Below, piece after piece: positions 1 to 12,387 of a DNA stretch of 64,000 bases (the first letter of the stretch is position 1; every line of letters begins with the position of its first letter). The translations under genes were made by a program, and so were the position numbers. Source of the DNA: Vicugna vicugna (taxonomy: Eukaryota); contig MU057930.1 in NCBI GenBank assembly GCA_013265495.1, positions 1,256,057 through 1,320,056 of the forward strand, read 5' to 3'. Under the pieces are notes generated by a model that made no database searches, was not told where the DNA came from, and saw only the letters and a list, made by a program, of their open reading frames with translations.

Positions 1-3000
1 GAAAGAAAGGGTGACATCTGCAAAGAAACTTTTACCGACCGCAGCTGGAAGGTGTTAAGCTGCCCTGACATTTTTTTTTTTAATGGTGATAAAACTGTAT
101 CAGTGTTCCTGAGACAAAGAACAGAAAAGCCATGATTAGGATGCCAACAATTACACTGGCTTAGCCAGGATATTGGTGGGGGATGGAGCTTTTTATAAAT
201 ATACGTTTTACTTGACCATTTTGAGCAGCACACATTTTTTTTTAAATCATCTGTTACAACAACTGAATTGAATTGAGTTTAAGAATTTTAGAAAAGATCA
301 AGACAAAGAGACAGAAAGGAACTCAAAGACAGAGCCCAATGAATTACTGTGCACCTTTATAAATAGTACCTGGACAGGGCTTATGAGAAGGAAGTGACAA
401 TAGAGGAAACACTGAAGCATGAAAAAAATGCAGCCAAGGCTGGCAGCAAAGACAAAGTACGGCCCCAGGAATCTGCTGCCCTACAGTCTACATTGGGCCA
501 GGCATGAACAGTTAAGTCACATAGCAAAAAACTGTTAAAACCACATGTAATAATGTAATCATTATGAATACGATTCTGAGTCATTTGCTGCAGTTAGGAA
601 ATGAAAATGGCCCAACTATATATACACACTGTGCAAGGCAGTAAAGCTGCATGTGGTTTGGATTTATCCATCAAGATACGTAGATGAGGAAACACTGTTC
701 TAATGTTTTTCAGTTCATTAAATAAAAAAAATCATTCTTTCCAATGCAAATTTTTTTCTTATTTCCTGGATATAAAACCACAACATTGGGTTACTAGCTT
801 CTACCAATATTACTCATATGTATGAAGTCACCACTCTTTACTCCATATTCTTCATTTAAAGTTAAGAGAGCCCACTGATAAACTGGCTAGAGTCCATGCC
901 TTATTTACAGAGCACTAAAACAAAAGTCATTTATATATGTTTTGTGAGTAATCACCACGCTAGCACTGATGTCCCATTTTAAATGGAATTTTTTCCCCTT
1001 TCCTTCCTCATGTATGACAAGATACTTTTGACATATACATAAAACTCAGGCAATTATAAAGAAAAAAAGAAATATGAGCCTTTCCCTACTCTAAGGTGCT
1101 CGGCCACCTACGCAGAGTCTGGTAGTTTCTGTCTCACTGCAGGCACAGGTTAGACGTAGATGCACACACACATGCAAATATGGATGGCCATAGCGATGGG
1201 CGTCTAAATCCAGGCTCCTACAGATTCAGGTGCAATGATGACAGCGCCACTCGCGAACACACACAAGGTGGATGTGCACAAAGATAAGTTATGGTAAGAA
1301 ATTTATCCAGCGATGATTCAGCAAGTAAAGCAGTGCAATGAAGTTCCCCCATAAGAAAGACCTGAATGGCCGTGGCCTTGGCACTGAGAACTGGGGTGGG
1401 TTTCCAAGGGGAAAAAAACGAATCTGAGAGTCGATGAAGGACGTCGATGAAGGGGTGGTACATGATACAGTAATCCATAGAGGTCTTGAACAGATAATGA
1501 ACTCACAAGCCACGAAATGCATCAAGTTATGAAGCGACATCTTTCAATAATCTTAACACAAAATAGATCCACTTAATATTAATATGTAAACACTGTAGTA
1601 TTGTAACTCAGCGTGAAGTTGGCCCTGAGGAAGCCCCAGCTGCCCTGACAATGGACCCCACCATCTACCGAGATGCAAGTTTCCGCTCACAGCTTACCTA
1701 TCGATGCGCATACGGGTTGAATGATTCCAGAAAACATCTTAACATCATGTTCTTTTAAAATCTTGGGAGGTAGTTTCTACAAAAGAACATGTACTGAAAA
1801 GCTTCTGAGCATCTACACTGACTGGTTGTGGCTTAAAAAAATTACTGAAAACGGAAGTCATCTGGGCAAACCAAAAATATATATTCAGTAACATTGTAAC
1901 GTGACTCGCTTTGCAGCGGCCAAGAAGCAGCAATGGTTTCATGCTCGAAAATTAAGGTAAGACTGATGAAAACCATTTCACTGAAGGAGGTGAAGTCCTT
2001 TCACAATTCAGTGGTATTCTTTAAAAAGCATGTGTTAAAAAGATACACCTCAATTCATTAGAAGATTTTTATTAGGCGTTTCTCAATGTGGAAAACGACG
2101 TATTTTCTTGAGTCCACGTCCTCTAGACTTGAGCACATGACACACACCACCAAGGACAAAAGTCACAGACCGGCTTCCTGACTGCAGTAAGCGAGGAAGC
2201 TCAGTGATCTCAGGCTGAAGTGCATTTGGAAGTGTGGCTGCAAAATGTGGTGGCATATTATGTTTACTTTCTTTCATTTTTAATTCCCTACAATGTTGTA
2301 TTGGCTGTTCTTTATCAAGAACAGTCTCTTTGTTGGCTTTACAAAATCTGTCAAGTATGGCAGAAGTAAAGAAAGAAAGAAATGAAAAATAACTGCTAAT
2401 GGAAAGGAAAATAACGATCCACTGACCGTTCCACACCGAGCAGCAGACAGTCATGAAACTTATTTCTGAAAAATGAAACATCAGGTACACAGTGTTAATA
2501 TTTATAGGGACGTAAACTGATGCAAACTTCTCAGTCTGATTAACCTCGGATCAGCATGCAGGCAGGAAGCTGATTACGTCTGAAATTAGGAGATAAGGCG
2601 TTTATACTTGCTATACCAAGACGACTTTCACTTTGATTAGGCTAATTTCAGGTACAGAAATTCAGGTTAATGAGAGGAAGTTTGCATGTTTAGTAGTCTT
2701 CAATAAAAGTCTAAATTTACCCTCGCAAAGCAAGTGTAATGCGGGTGGGTTGCAGAGTTGGAACAAGGGTGCGTAATTACTTCAACTCTGGCCCTGGTCG
2801 GTGCAAATGAGACAAGTGTGCTGCACATACTTGATTTCCCCTCCGTGTCCTGCTGCAGGGCTGGTGTGTGTTGCAGGCTCTGTTCTGGGCTAACTGTGCA
2901 ATGTCGATGGTATTCCACGCCCCCAAACAAGCTGCTGACCCCAGAGGGGGAAGATGCATCTCATGTCCGCTTTGACGCCCTGTGTTTCAGGGAGCAAGGG

Positions 3001-4115
3001 AAACGCTGACGACTCTGCCCCGTGACTGGGGTTCCAACCTACCTGGATCGACAGGGCAGGGAACACGCTTCCAGCGCACACCCCTGGGGAGGCAGGCGTG
3101 CCCACGGCCAGGGAGGCGGCTCTGCGGGGAACGGATGAAGCACAGCCATGGAAGGAGGAAACGCGTGTGTCCTGCAGCCACTCCTAGGTCAGCTTTCGTC
3201 CCGTCACCTCTCTTGGTTCTTACACACACAGGTGCTTTCACCTTGGCACATGTGTGTGCCTGGGTGCCGATGGTGCAGTACCGCCAAGACTTTCCAAATC
3301 GGGCGCCACGGAACCGAGGCTCTGAAGGCCCACCAGTGGGGGTAGAAACATGCTGGGGAAACACGACGTTCCATATCCCATCCCTGAAGAGCTGCCCGCC
3401 TACAGGCAAAGAATCTGGAAACTTGAGACCTGAATAACCACGTCTAACGGTCACAGCTTGAACCGGTGTTTCCCAGACCCATTTAATCACAAAACACTCA
3501 TCTGTTTTTCCGGTGACATCTACTTACACCTGAAAACGTCTTGAGACACATGGCTTTAATATAATACATTTTCAAAACTTGGAGTTTTAAGTCAATTACA
3601 TCCAGTCCGGTGGGTTTTCCAGTGAGATTATGTTTGGTGGGTGTCCGTTCTTTCCGACCCAACTTAAACAACCTACTAGGTGTGGAGTATTTCCATCGGC
3701 TGGTGTGAGACCTGAACTTACTTTACAGCCTTGAGCAGGGAGGCAGCGTGGATGTGTGAGCGCTGGGAGTGGTGTAATGTTTTTACATGGATGGAGAGCA
3801 ACTTCAAACACCTAGGTGTTATTAACTTGATAAAAGGCATACATTGTCGTTTCCTTTATGATCTACACACACTTCATGCACGCACAGGAAAATATTACAC
3901 ATACATGTACACGCAGACATACAAATACATAATACAGTAGACAACTGTTAGCAAATCCATCAGCGGCATTTTCTCCTTACACTCCTGCTTTGAAATCTCA
4001 CCTCCCCTTCTTATGTCCTAATGCGTTAATGATGAGGGACAATGGGTTAAAGTGTGAATCAGACCTCTCCCTTCTGGACTATGAAAGGCAGAATTCCAGT
4101 AAGATTTTTGAGTCA

Positions 4116-4512
4116 TGGGTAGGCAGGCTGAATTGTGCCCCACCCCCCAAATTCCTATGTTGAAGCCCTGACCCCCAGGACCTCAGAATAGGGCTGTGTT
4201 TGGAGACAGGGTCTTCAAGCAAGTGATGAAGGTAAAATGAGGTCACTAGGGTGGGTCCTGATCCCACAGGACTGGGGTCCTTATAAGAAGAGGAGATGAG
4301 GACCCAGACACACACAGAGGGACGGCCACGGGAGGACACAGGGAGGAGACAGCCATCTGTACACCAAGGAGAGAGGGCTCAGGAGGAACCAGCCCTGCGG
4401 ACACCCTGACCTCAGATTCCAGCCTCCAGGACTGGGAGACAGAACAAATTTCTGTCTTTCAAGGCTCCCATCTGCAGTAACTCTGTAATTGCATTCCAAG
4501 CAAACCCATACA
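4116..4512 (+). mobile_element. MLT1B-like MaLR solo LTR (copy 1)
   Basis: Typical MLT1 motifs: aaattcctatgttgaagccctgacccc, ccttataagaagaggag, ccagcctccaggactg; ends ...gcaaacccataca. Confidence 0.85.
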
Positions 4513-4579
4513 GTGGGTATAAAAAACCGTAAGGAAATGAGACACATTTTTAGGTGAAGAAATTATCAGAGTAGGTCTC

Positions 4580-4900
4580 TGTTAGGGTCTCATGAGGAAG
4601 GGACCCTGAGGAGGAAGTTTCCACGTGGAAGGTTTAGTGGTAGGACATTCTTGAACAAGCCACGTGTGTGAGCCCGAGGGAGGCAGAGCTGGGGGAGCAG
4701 GAAGGGGAACCCCAGTGCAGGCTCAGCAGTGGCCCCACCAGCACAAGTGTCTGCATCTGTCACAGATGCTCCAACTCGTAGGTAGTAAGGCTCGTCTTCA
4801 GTCCTCAGGGGTCCGTGTCTCCTGTCATTACTCCAAGATGCGCCCTGTGGCTCTATATTGAGTCTGGAAGTCCACGGTCATGCTTGCCTCTGGGAAACAG
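4580..4900 (-). mobile_element. Degenerate ERVL-class LTR fragment (LTR33/LTR16-like)
   Basis: gggaccctgaggaggaagtttccacgtggaaggtttagtgg...gcagagctgggggagc resembles these old LTRs; boundaries approximate. Confidence 0.4.
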
Positions 4901-6116
4901 CATCCACTTCAACACATTACAATCCACTTTATCACCACAAGGGGCCGATTCGCTCTGGCAGTCTTGAGTGCAGACCCTTCTCCTTTCTACTTGGCTTTTC
5001 TTGTTTTTTTCCAAAATTAAGTTATATAGTCCTTACTCCAGTCCTTCTCAAACGTGCAGGCATCAAATTAAAATTTTTTAAAGACTTCCTGACAGCAAAA
5101 TTATGTGTCCCACAGAACTCTTACTGAGACGTGAGTGTTTGTGTGTTTCCCTCGCATTGACTTTCACACATAAAGATTACCCACATTTTTGTGGGTATTT
5201 CGAATTTTTCCTTTCTGTGTTCTAAACATGCATGTTGATCAGAATTTGGGGGAAGACATACAAAGGACAGCTATGTAGGAACCAGCAGTATTGTTAACAT
5301 CTCCCATCTCAGTATAGAAGCATGATTATAATAATCAAGTGATGTAATGCCTTAAAAACTACGGGTATTAATAAATTATAAGTGCTGATCGTCCAGCCAG
5401 AGAAATTTTAGTGAATCTGTTTATACTCGGCCCTCTGAAACACCTGTTTGGAGGAGAGAGAAAGGGTGAAAACTCTTAACACAGTTCACTAGCCCATCCC
5501 CTCAGGTGGGGACGCACGCAGGTGGGGACCACCTCTGAAATACAACATGCAGCTCACTGCTATTTCATTGCTGTAGTCAGACACCACCCAGGGTGTTTCT
5601 TCCTAACCTTCTGTTCTTCACTTAACCAAAAAAAAAAAAATTATTAATCAACAGAGTAAGAAACAGAGCTAGGTTTCAGGGGGAACACACTACCGCCGAA
5701 ATAAGCAGGGGGGAGGGGTTTGAGAAAAACGAATTCCTTGTGAATAGTCACTCTGTGGGTTTCAGTCTTCCAATGAAACATTTCTAACAAGTCGGCACAT
5801 ATAAGCTATATTTTTTTTCAGGTTGTCACAGATCACTTCATCTCTGGGTACACAGAAGACAAGATAAGAGGACTAGATATTCTGAATCACTACAAGTCAC
5901 TTTTGATAAAACGTATACTTATGCTAGGCATTTGCTAGGCACCACTAGGTATCCGGCACATTAAATTGCAACGATCTGAGGATGTAACTGGAGTTAGCAG
6001 TTACCAGTGCTGACTGCAGAGTAAGTCGAAGGTCCTGGAGCAGAGTCACTCTGTGAGCTGCCCTGTCTGAGGGTTTCCAAACACCTATCTGCAGAGAGCA
6101 TGCGTACTTTGAGTCT

Positions 6117-7065
6117 ACTTTTGCACAGCAGAGAAAACCAGCCACAAAATGAGAAGACACCCTACTGAGTGGGAGAAACATTTGCAAATGATATGACCCC
6201 ATAAGGGATTAGTACCCAACATATATAAAACAGCTCACACACCCAACATCAAAAAAAAAAAAGTCGTGATTAAAAAATGGGCAGAAGAACTGAATAGACA
6301 TTTTTCCAAAGAGGAAAGGCAGGTGGCCAACAGGCATATGAAAAGGTGCTCAACACTGCTAACTATCAGGGAAACACAGATCAAAACCACAGAGCAACAT
6401 CACTTCAAACTTGTAAGAATGGCCATCATCAAAAACATAACAAGTAACAAATGTTGGCGAGGATGTAGACAAAAGGGAACCCTTGTGCACTGTTGGTGGG
6501 AATGTAAATCGGTGCAGCCACTATGGGAAACAGTAGGGAGGTTCCTCAAAAAAATAAAAATAGAAATTCCGCATGACCCAGCAGTTCCACTCCTGGGTAT
6601 ACATCTGGAAAAAAGAAAACCACAAATTTGAAAAAAAAAAAAATACACGCACCTCAATGTCCATAGCAGCGCTGTTTGTAAATATGGAAGTCGTGGAAGT
6701 GACCTAAATGTCCATCGACAGGTGACTGGATAAAGAGGAAGTGGTGAATACATACAATGGAATACTCCTCAGCCATAGAGAAGAAGGAAACAATGCCATT
6801 TGCAGCAACATGAATGGACCTAGAGATTCTCATGCTAAGTGAAGTAAGCCAGGAAGAGAAAGGCAAACATATGCTATCACTTACATGTAGAATGCAAAAA
6901 AAAAAAAAAAAAAAAAAAAGTGACTATAACAAAAAAAAGAAGAAAGCAGTCTCACAGATCTAGAGAACAGACCAGTGCTGACCAGTGTGGAGAGGGAGTG
7001 GGGAGGGACAAGATGGGGGGAGGGGTTAAAGGGTACACGCTATTAGGTATAAAATAAAATAAAAC
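6117..7065 (+). mobile_element. LINE-1 3' fragment (ORF2 C-terminus plus 3'UTR)
   Basis: ORF 6266-6631 encodes L1 ORF2 C-terminal motifs ([40 protein letters not shown]); A-rich tail. Confidence 0.95.
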
Positions 7066-8339
7066 AAGATTCTCCTGTGTCTCAGAAAGCGAGCAGCTAC
7101 TGTATTATTAAAGACGGCACCCTCAAAATGACTTTTATTCAGGGTGGCCCTTCCGGGAGCTAGTCACACCTTCTGGCGCACCTGCCGCGTGTGGTCCTCC
7201 AAATGCCTCGGTGTGGGCGTCTTCTCATCACTGCCACATGAGGAAGACCCTGATCTAACCTTCAGCGTGTTAGCAGGTAAACCCTTCCGTTTACAAGAGC
7301 TACTTGGCATTTCCAAATGATTGCAAATTACCCCGAACAAGCTAAGCACCAATTTCATAATTCCAGCAATCTGCCTCTTAGTTAGTGTTTATATTATGTC
7401 TGAAGTAATTTTTAGGAGATGGTTGAGTGGTTAGGTCCGCGCGGGTCACTGACTCATGTCTGAGTCCTTTACACCGGCAAGAAATTGCAGCTACCAGAAG
7501 TTTATTCCAGCGAGAGAGACAGACAGAACCGAAATTAATTCTCCCTCCTTAAGGTCAACAGTTTTTTAATTTGTTATTAAGAAATGTAATCGGATGACGG
7601 TAATCATGACAACCAATTAGTTCCAAACATTGAGTTTTTAGCACGTAGGATGAACTTAAGCCAGGGACACTTGTAATATTTAATGCAGCATACGTCTGTG
7701 ACTCTTCAGTTTGCAATGTTCAGGCAGACATCTGCATGTGTAAACAGAGCATCTGCATGTTGTCAAACATGTAGATTAATGGAAACAATGGGCCTGTTCC
7801 CTAATGCTCTCCGATGGCTATTTTGTGAAGTTAGTTAATTGACATGGTTTGTGGAGCGGCTGCTCTGTGCTTAGCACTAAGTAAAGGAGGGCAAGCCACG
7901 GCCACCTGGACTCAGCACATGGAAATATTAGCAAAAAGGAGTTTTCCAAATTTTACTGTAGGAATTCCTATTCCCAAATTTCAAATCTGCAGCTAGTGGA
8001 TTCCTGAGGAAATGACCCTTCTGTCCTTCCCTCTCCCTTTCTTTTTTTTTTTTTTAATTTGCACGTTGCATCTATTAGACACAATCATTTGATGTGCAGG
8101 GTCTTCAGTTCTTTCTGTTCTCGCCCCCTCCTTTTATTTTTTGTTCCAACCTGGCTCAGATGAACAACTTCAAGTGGTATCAAGGGACTGTTATGGAAAA
8201 TTGAAGGAGCAGAATGACATGGGGAAAAAAAAATTAGAAAAGAGAAGCAGGTATGTATTCCTGCTTTGCTATGGATTTTAGAGCTTGCAGATTTTAGAAC
8301 TATGTACCAAAATGCTGTGTAAGACAGCAAACATGTCTA

Positions 8340-8660
8340 AAAAATAAGGCAAACAAACTTATTTACAAAACAGAAACAGACTCACAGACATAGAAACCAA
8401 ACTTACGGTTACCGGGGAGGAAGGGGGCGGGGGTGGGAAGGAATAAATAAGGAGTTCGAGATTTGGAGACACTAACTAATATATATTAAAGAGATAACCA
8501 ACAAGTTTATACTGTACAGCACAGGGAACTCTACTCAATATCTTGTAATAACCTATAAAGAACCTGAAAAGGAATATATGTATGTATATGTATGACCGAA
8601 CCATGATGTTGTACACCAGAAATTGACACCTGATTGTACCTGATTATACTTCAGTAAAAT
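8340..8660 (+). mobile_element. LINE-1 3'UTR fragment (cetartiodactyl/camelid type)
   Basis: acttatttacaaaacagaaacagactcacagacatag...cagcacagggaactctactcaatatcttgtaataacc...tacttcag. Confidence 0.9.
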
Positions 8661-8710
8661 ATATGTATGTGTGTATATACATATATACATATATATATAT
8701 ATGTATATAC
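8661..8710. repeat. (TA)n/(TG)n simple repeat
   Basis: Directly visible. Confidence 0.85.
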
Positions 8711-10290
8711 CAAAAAACCTCAGTAAATAGCACGCATTTTATTCTTTTCCGACTTGCTCCTAACAGTGTCTTTGACTTCAAGGTTGCCCCGTCACTGTCA
8801 CTGTGTTTGACAAACACACAGGGAGCCCGTATGACCATTACGGATGTCGGCGTGTGAAGGCAGCAGAAACCCTTCCAAACCAAACAGCACCAGAATGTCG
8901 GACGTGGAGGAGACGCCAGCCATTCTTCTGACTGGAGAAGGTGAAAGGTCTGATGTAGGTGTGAGTGTCTGTATTTTACGCAAAGGCAAAAACATATTTT
9001 TAAATGCAAGAAACAAGGGGTCTGGATGCATGATGGTGCAGGGTGATGTTGCTGGGCACCTACTCTTCCCAGAGGAAGTCTACAACTCAACAAAGGGACA
9101 GACACAGACAGAGACAGACAGAGGACAACGGCTGGATCCCGGCCCGAGGGTCGCAGGCTGTCTGCAAGCTCGTGTTCTGTGACCACCTGTCTACGGATGT
9201 CAGACGTGCTTAGAAAGTCACCACGTTTCCCTGAGGCAACCACCTTGTAATTTAAAATGATACAAGTACATGCTATATTATATCTAAGGTATAATTTATA
9301 TAGATAGATTATATTACACTTACTATAATTACATTGCACTATTACAACATATTATAAATTACCTATTTATATATCTTTACTGGTTTCTGCTCACCTAAGT
9401 GAACCCTGATGGAGACATCCAGAAACATTTACCCATGTATCTATGCTATATTTATTTATCAATCCATACACAATCAATATATTTGTGTAATTATATGTAT
9501 ATATACATCTTTATATGCAACATATAGATGTCAATATTAAAGTATCAATTCTGTGCAATCATGCAGTAAGTTAAATGATAAAATAATAACTGCACAGAAA
9601 TAAACTGTACTCATTCTATAAATAAACTTATTCTAGTCTAAAATCTCATGGATGCATTATCGTCCAAGAAACTCTCTCCATTCACATATTCAAACCCTTT
9701 CATCAGGAATGAATTCATGCCTAGTGCATACACTACTTTCAGAGTGCTGATGGCACATACAATGAAGAAAATACTGAACATGGCCTCAAACACTGTAACG
9801 TTATTTATAAAAGAAGACCACGATCAATTACAAAAGAAGCTGTAAGAACATTAGAAAGACGAATTTAAGGAAGCATAATAGTTAGGTAAGTTGACTCCAA
9901 TTTAGATCACTAAAAAGTGGCGATGTTTTCACTGCCGACTGAAATCTAAATATTTACAAAGAGACGTCATAAAACATATTTAAAGGATACTACTATTAAC
10001 TAATGTTGGATCATTAAACACCAGGTACCACAATCTAATTTTAATGGCTATTTCATTCTTACAAAAGCCACTTTATGACTCTCGGTTTCCAGAGGATGTC
10101 ATAAAGAGGTAAGCTGTTCACACAGCAGGTGGCAGAGCTGAAGGCCACCTCAGATTGGCATGATTTATTGCCCAAGCTCCTCATGCACTCACACAGTAAG
10201 CACTGTTGGTTACCCACTGTGCATGGTGTCAGGTTTTCCTGCTCCAAGGGAGGCCATGTGAAGGCAGCCCCAAGTGGTGAAGACTAGAGT

Positions 10291-11819
10291 GAGTGCTGAA
10301 GTCGTGCAGTGTAAGTTTGGGACACATCACAGAGCTCTGCGGACTTCACCGCTAAGGGGTGGCTGCAATGTGCCTGCATCTCTCGAGTGCCGTCAAGCTG
10401 CCCGGACTTCGTGCTTCTGTGAGGTGGATAATAAAAACCTCCCTGTTAAGTGAGCCTCTTCTAAGGTTACAAGAGGCTTGTTCTGACTCAACAACCACAC
10501 CATTATCCTAGTCGATGGTTTTCTGGGAAAACAGCCACTATTCAAGCCTGATCTGACAAGAAGTTGAATACCTAGTAGAATCATCAACATGGATCACATG
10601 CAAGGAGGTGCTCAGAGATGTCTCAGAAAGGAGAGCAGGCAAGGATGGATCTGACAGTGGATTCCACAAGACCATCCAGGAAGAGAGCATCGCCATGTAA
10701 ACTACACTGAGGTATCCTCTCACACCCGGCAGAATGGCCGTCATTCAAAAGTCCACAAACGATATATGCTGGAGAGGCTGTGGACGAAAGGGGACCCTCC
10801 TACACTGCAGGTGAGAATGCAGATTGGTGCAGCCACTATGGAGGACAGTATAGAGATTCCTTAAAAAAAAGAAAATAGAGCTACCCTATGATCCAGCAAT
10901 CCCACTCCTGGGCATATATCCAGAGGAAACACTAATTCTAAAAGATACATGCACCCCAATGTTCATAGCAGCACTATTTACAATAGCCAAGACATGGAAA
11001 CAGCCTAAACATCCATCAGCAGATGACTGGATAAATAAGCTGTGGTATATTTACACGATGGAATACTACTCGGCCATGAAAAATGATAAACCTAATGCCA
11101 TTTGAAGCAACATGGATGGACCTGGAGATGGTCATAGTAAGTGAAGTAAGCCAGAAAGAGAAAAAAATACCCTATGATATCACTTACATATGGAATCTTA
11201 AAAAAGGGGGGAGGGGAGGGGAGGACACAAATGAACTTATCAAGCAGAAACAGACTCACAGACATAGGAAACAAACTTACGGTTACCAGGGGAAAGGGGA
11301 TGGGGAGTGATAAATTAGGAGTTCAGGATTTGCAGATACCAACTACTACAACATAATATAGATAAACAACAAGGTCCTACTGTACAGCACAAGGAACTAT
11401 ATTCCTTATCTTGTAATAACCTACAGTGGAAAAGAATATGGAAGAGTGTGTATGTATAACTGAGTCACTAAGCTACACACTAGAAATTAACACAAGACTG
11501 TAAATCAACTCCACCTCGACAGAAATAAAAAAATAAACGCAGGAGACTGAGAAGTACACGTGCACGTGCACTCTACCAATCCGTTCATGACCTTCTGCAA
11601 GCTGGAAAAGGACAGGCAAGTGACCAAGCACATTTTGTGAGGAAGACCATGAGGGCAGCAACATGGATGCAGTTAAAACACAGCTTTCTTAAAAAAAAAA
11701 AGAAAGAAAGAAAAAAAGAAAAAAAAATTGTTTCTTCCTAGAAGATGCAGAAAAATAAGGTGGCCATGAGCATGAGAAACAGGACCTTATTGTACAAAGT
11801 TTCTTGTGACCTGATATGG
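10291..11819 (+). repeat. Tandem duplication unit 1 (unique ~400 bp, L1 3' end, unique tail)
   Basis: Colinear with 12388-13899 from gagtgctgaa to tttcttgtg(n)atgg; roughly 85% identical by eye. Confidence 0.9.
10698..11537 (+). mobile_element. LINE-1 3' end within duplication unit 1
   Basis: agaatggccgtcattcaaaagtccacaaac..., atccagcaatcccactcctgggcatatatcc, 3'UTR and A-rich tail. Confidence 0.95.
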
Positions 11820-12387
11820 TGAGGCAGGAAGCCCCATAAAAAAGACGAGCAGGACCCCCAGGCAGAGCCACTACTCTCCTGCCAGCACCATCTGGTTCCC
11901 TGGCCCAGAGGCTCTAGCTCACTTTTTGCCTCTGAAATGGCTAACTTCTAGGAAAATGGTGCTCACTCCTGATTGATCCATTTCCCTCACTCCTGATTGG
12001 TTATTTCTCTCCCTCCTGATTAGTCCATTTCCCTCACTCCTGATTGGTCTATTTCTGTCATTCCTGATTGGTCCATTTCCCTCACTCCTGATTGGTTATT
12101 TCTCTCCCTCCTGATTGGTCCATTTCTTCAAAGCCTGTTCCTAATTAGTCAACTTTTGTTATACCTTATTTGCATATGATGTTGCAAAGTGTAAACTGGC
12201 AGCTTGTAAAAGCCTGTGTAAACCTACAGACGGGGCCCAGAGCTTGGACTGTTAACTCCTCTGGGCCCACTGGCGTAATAAACCTGAGTTCTCCAACTCT
12301 CCAAGTGCTGCTTGGTCTCTCGCCCAGATCCAGGTTGCTGTCACAACTGAGCCAAAACACTGAGCTGTAACACTCTTTTCTGCAACA
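11820..12387 (+). mobile_element. ERV solo LTR (ERV1-like) with CCAAT-box tandem array
   Basis: TG...CA termini (tgaggcagga...ctgcaaca), seven 23-24 bp ctcctgattgg-type repeats, octamer ATTTGCAT at 12168-12175, AATAAA at 12277-12282. Confidence 0.85.

Noticed and set aside
8160..8250. Possible upstream plus-strand exon (donor CAG|gtatgt)
   Set aside because: Its open frame ends in phase 2 and hits stops when joined to exon A; the acceptor is mediocre, so it cannot be linked to the 103-codon chain.
8644..9339. 231-aa minus-strand ORF
   Set aside because: Starts and ends in low-complexity AT repeats with no domain or splice support.
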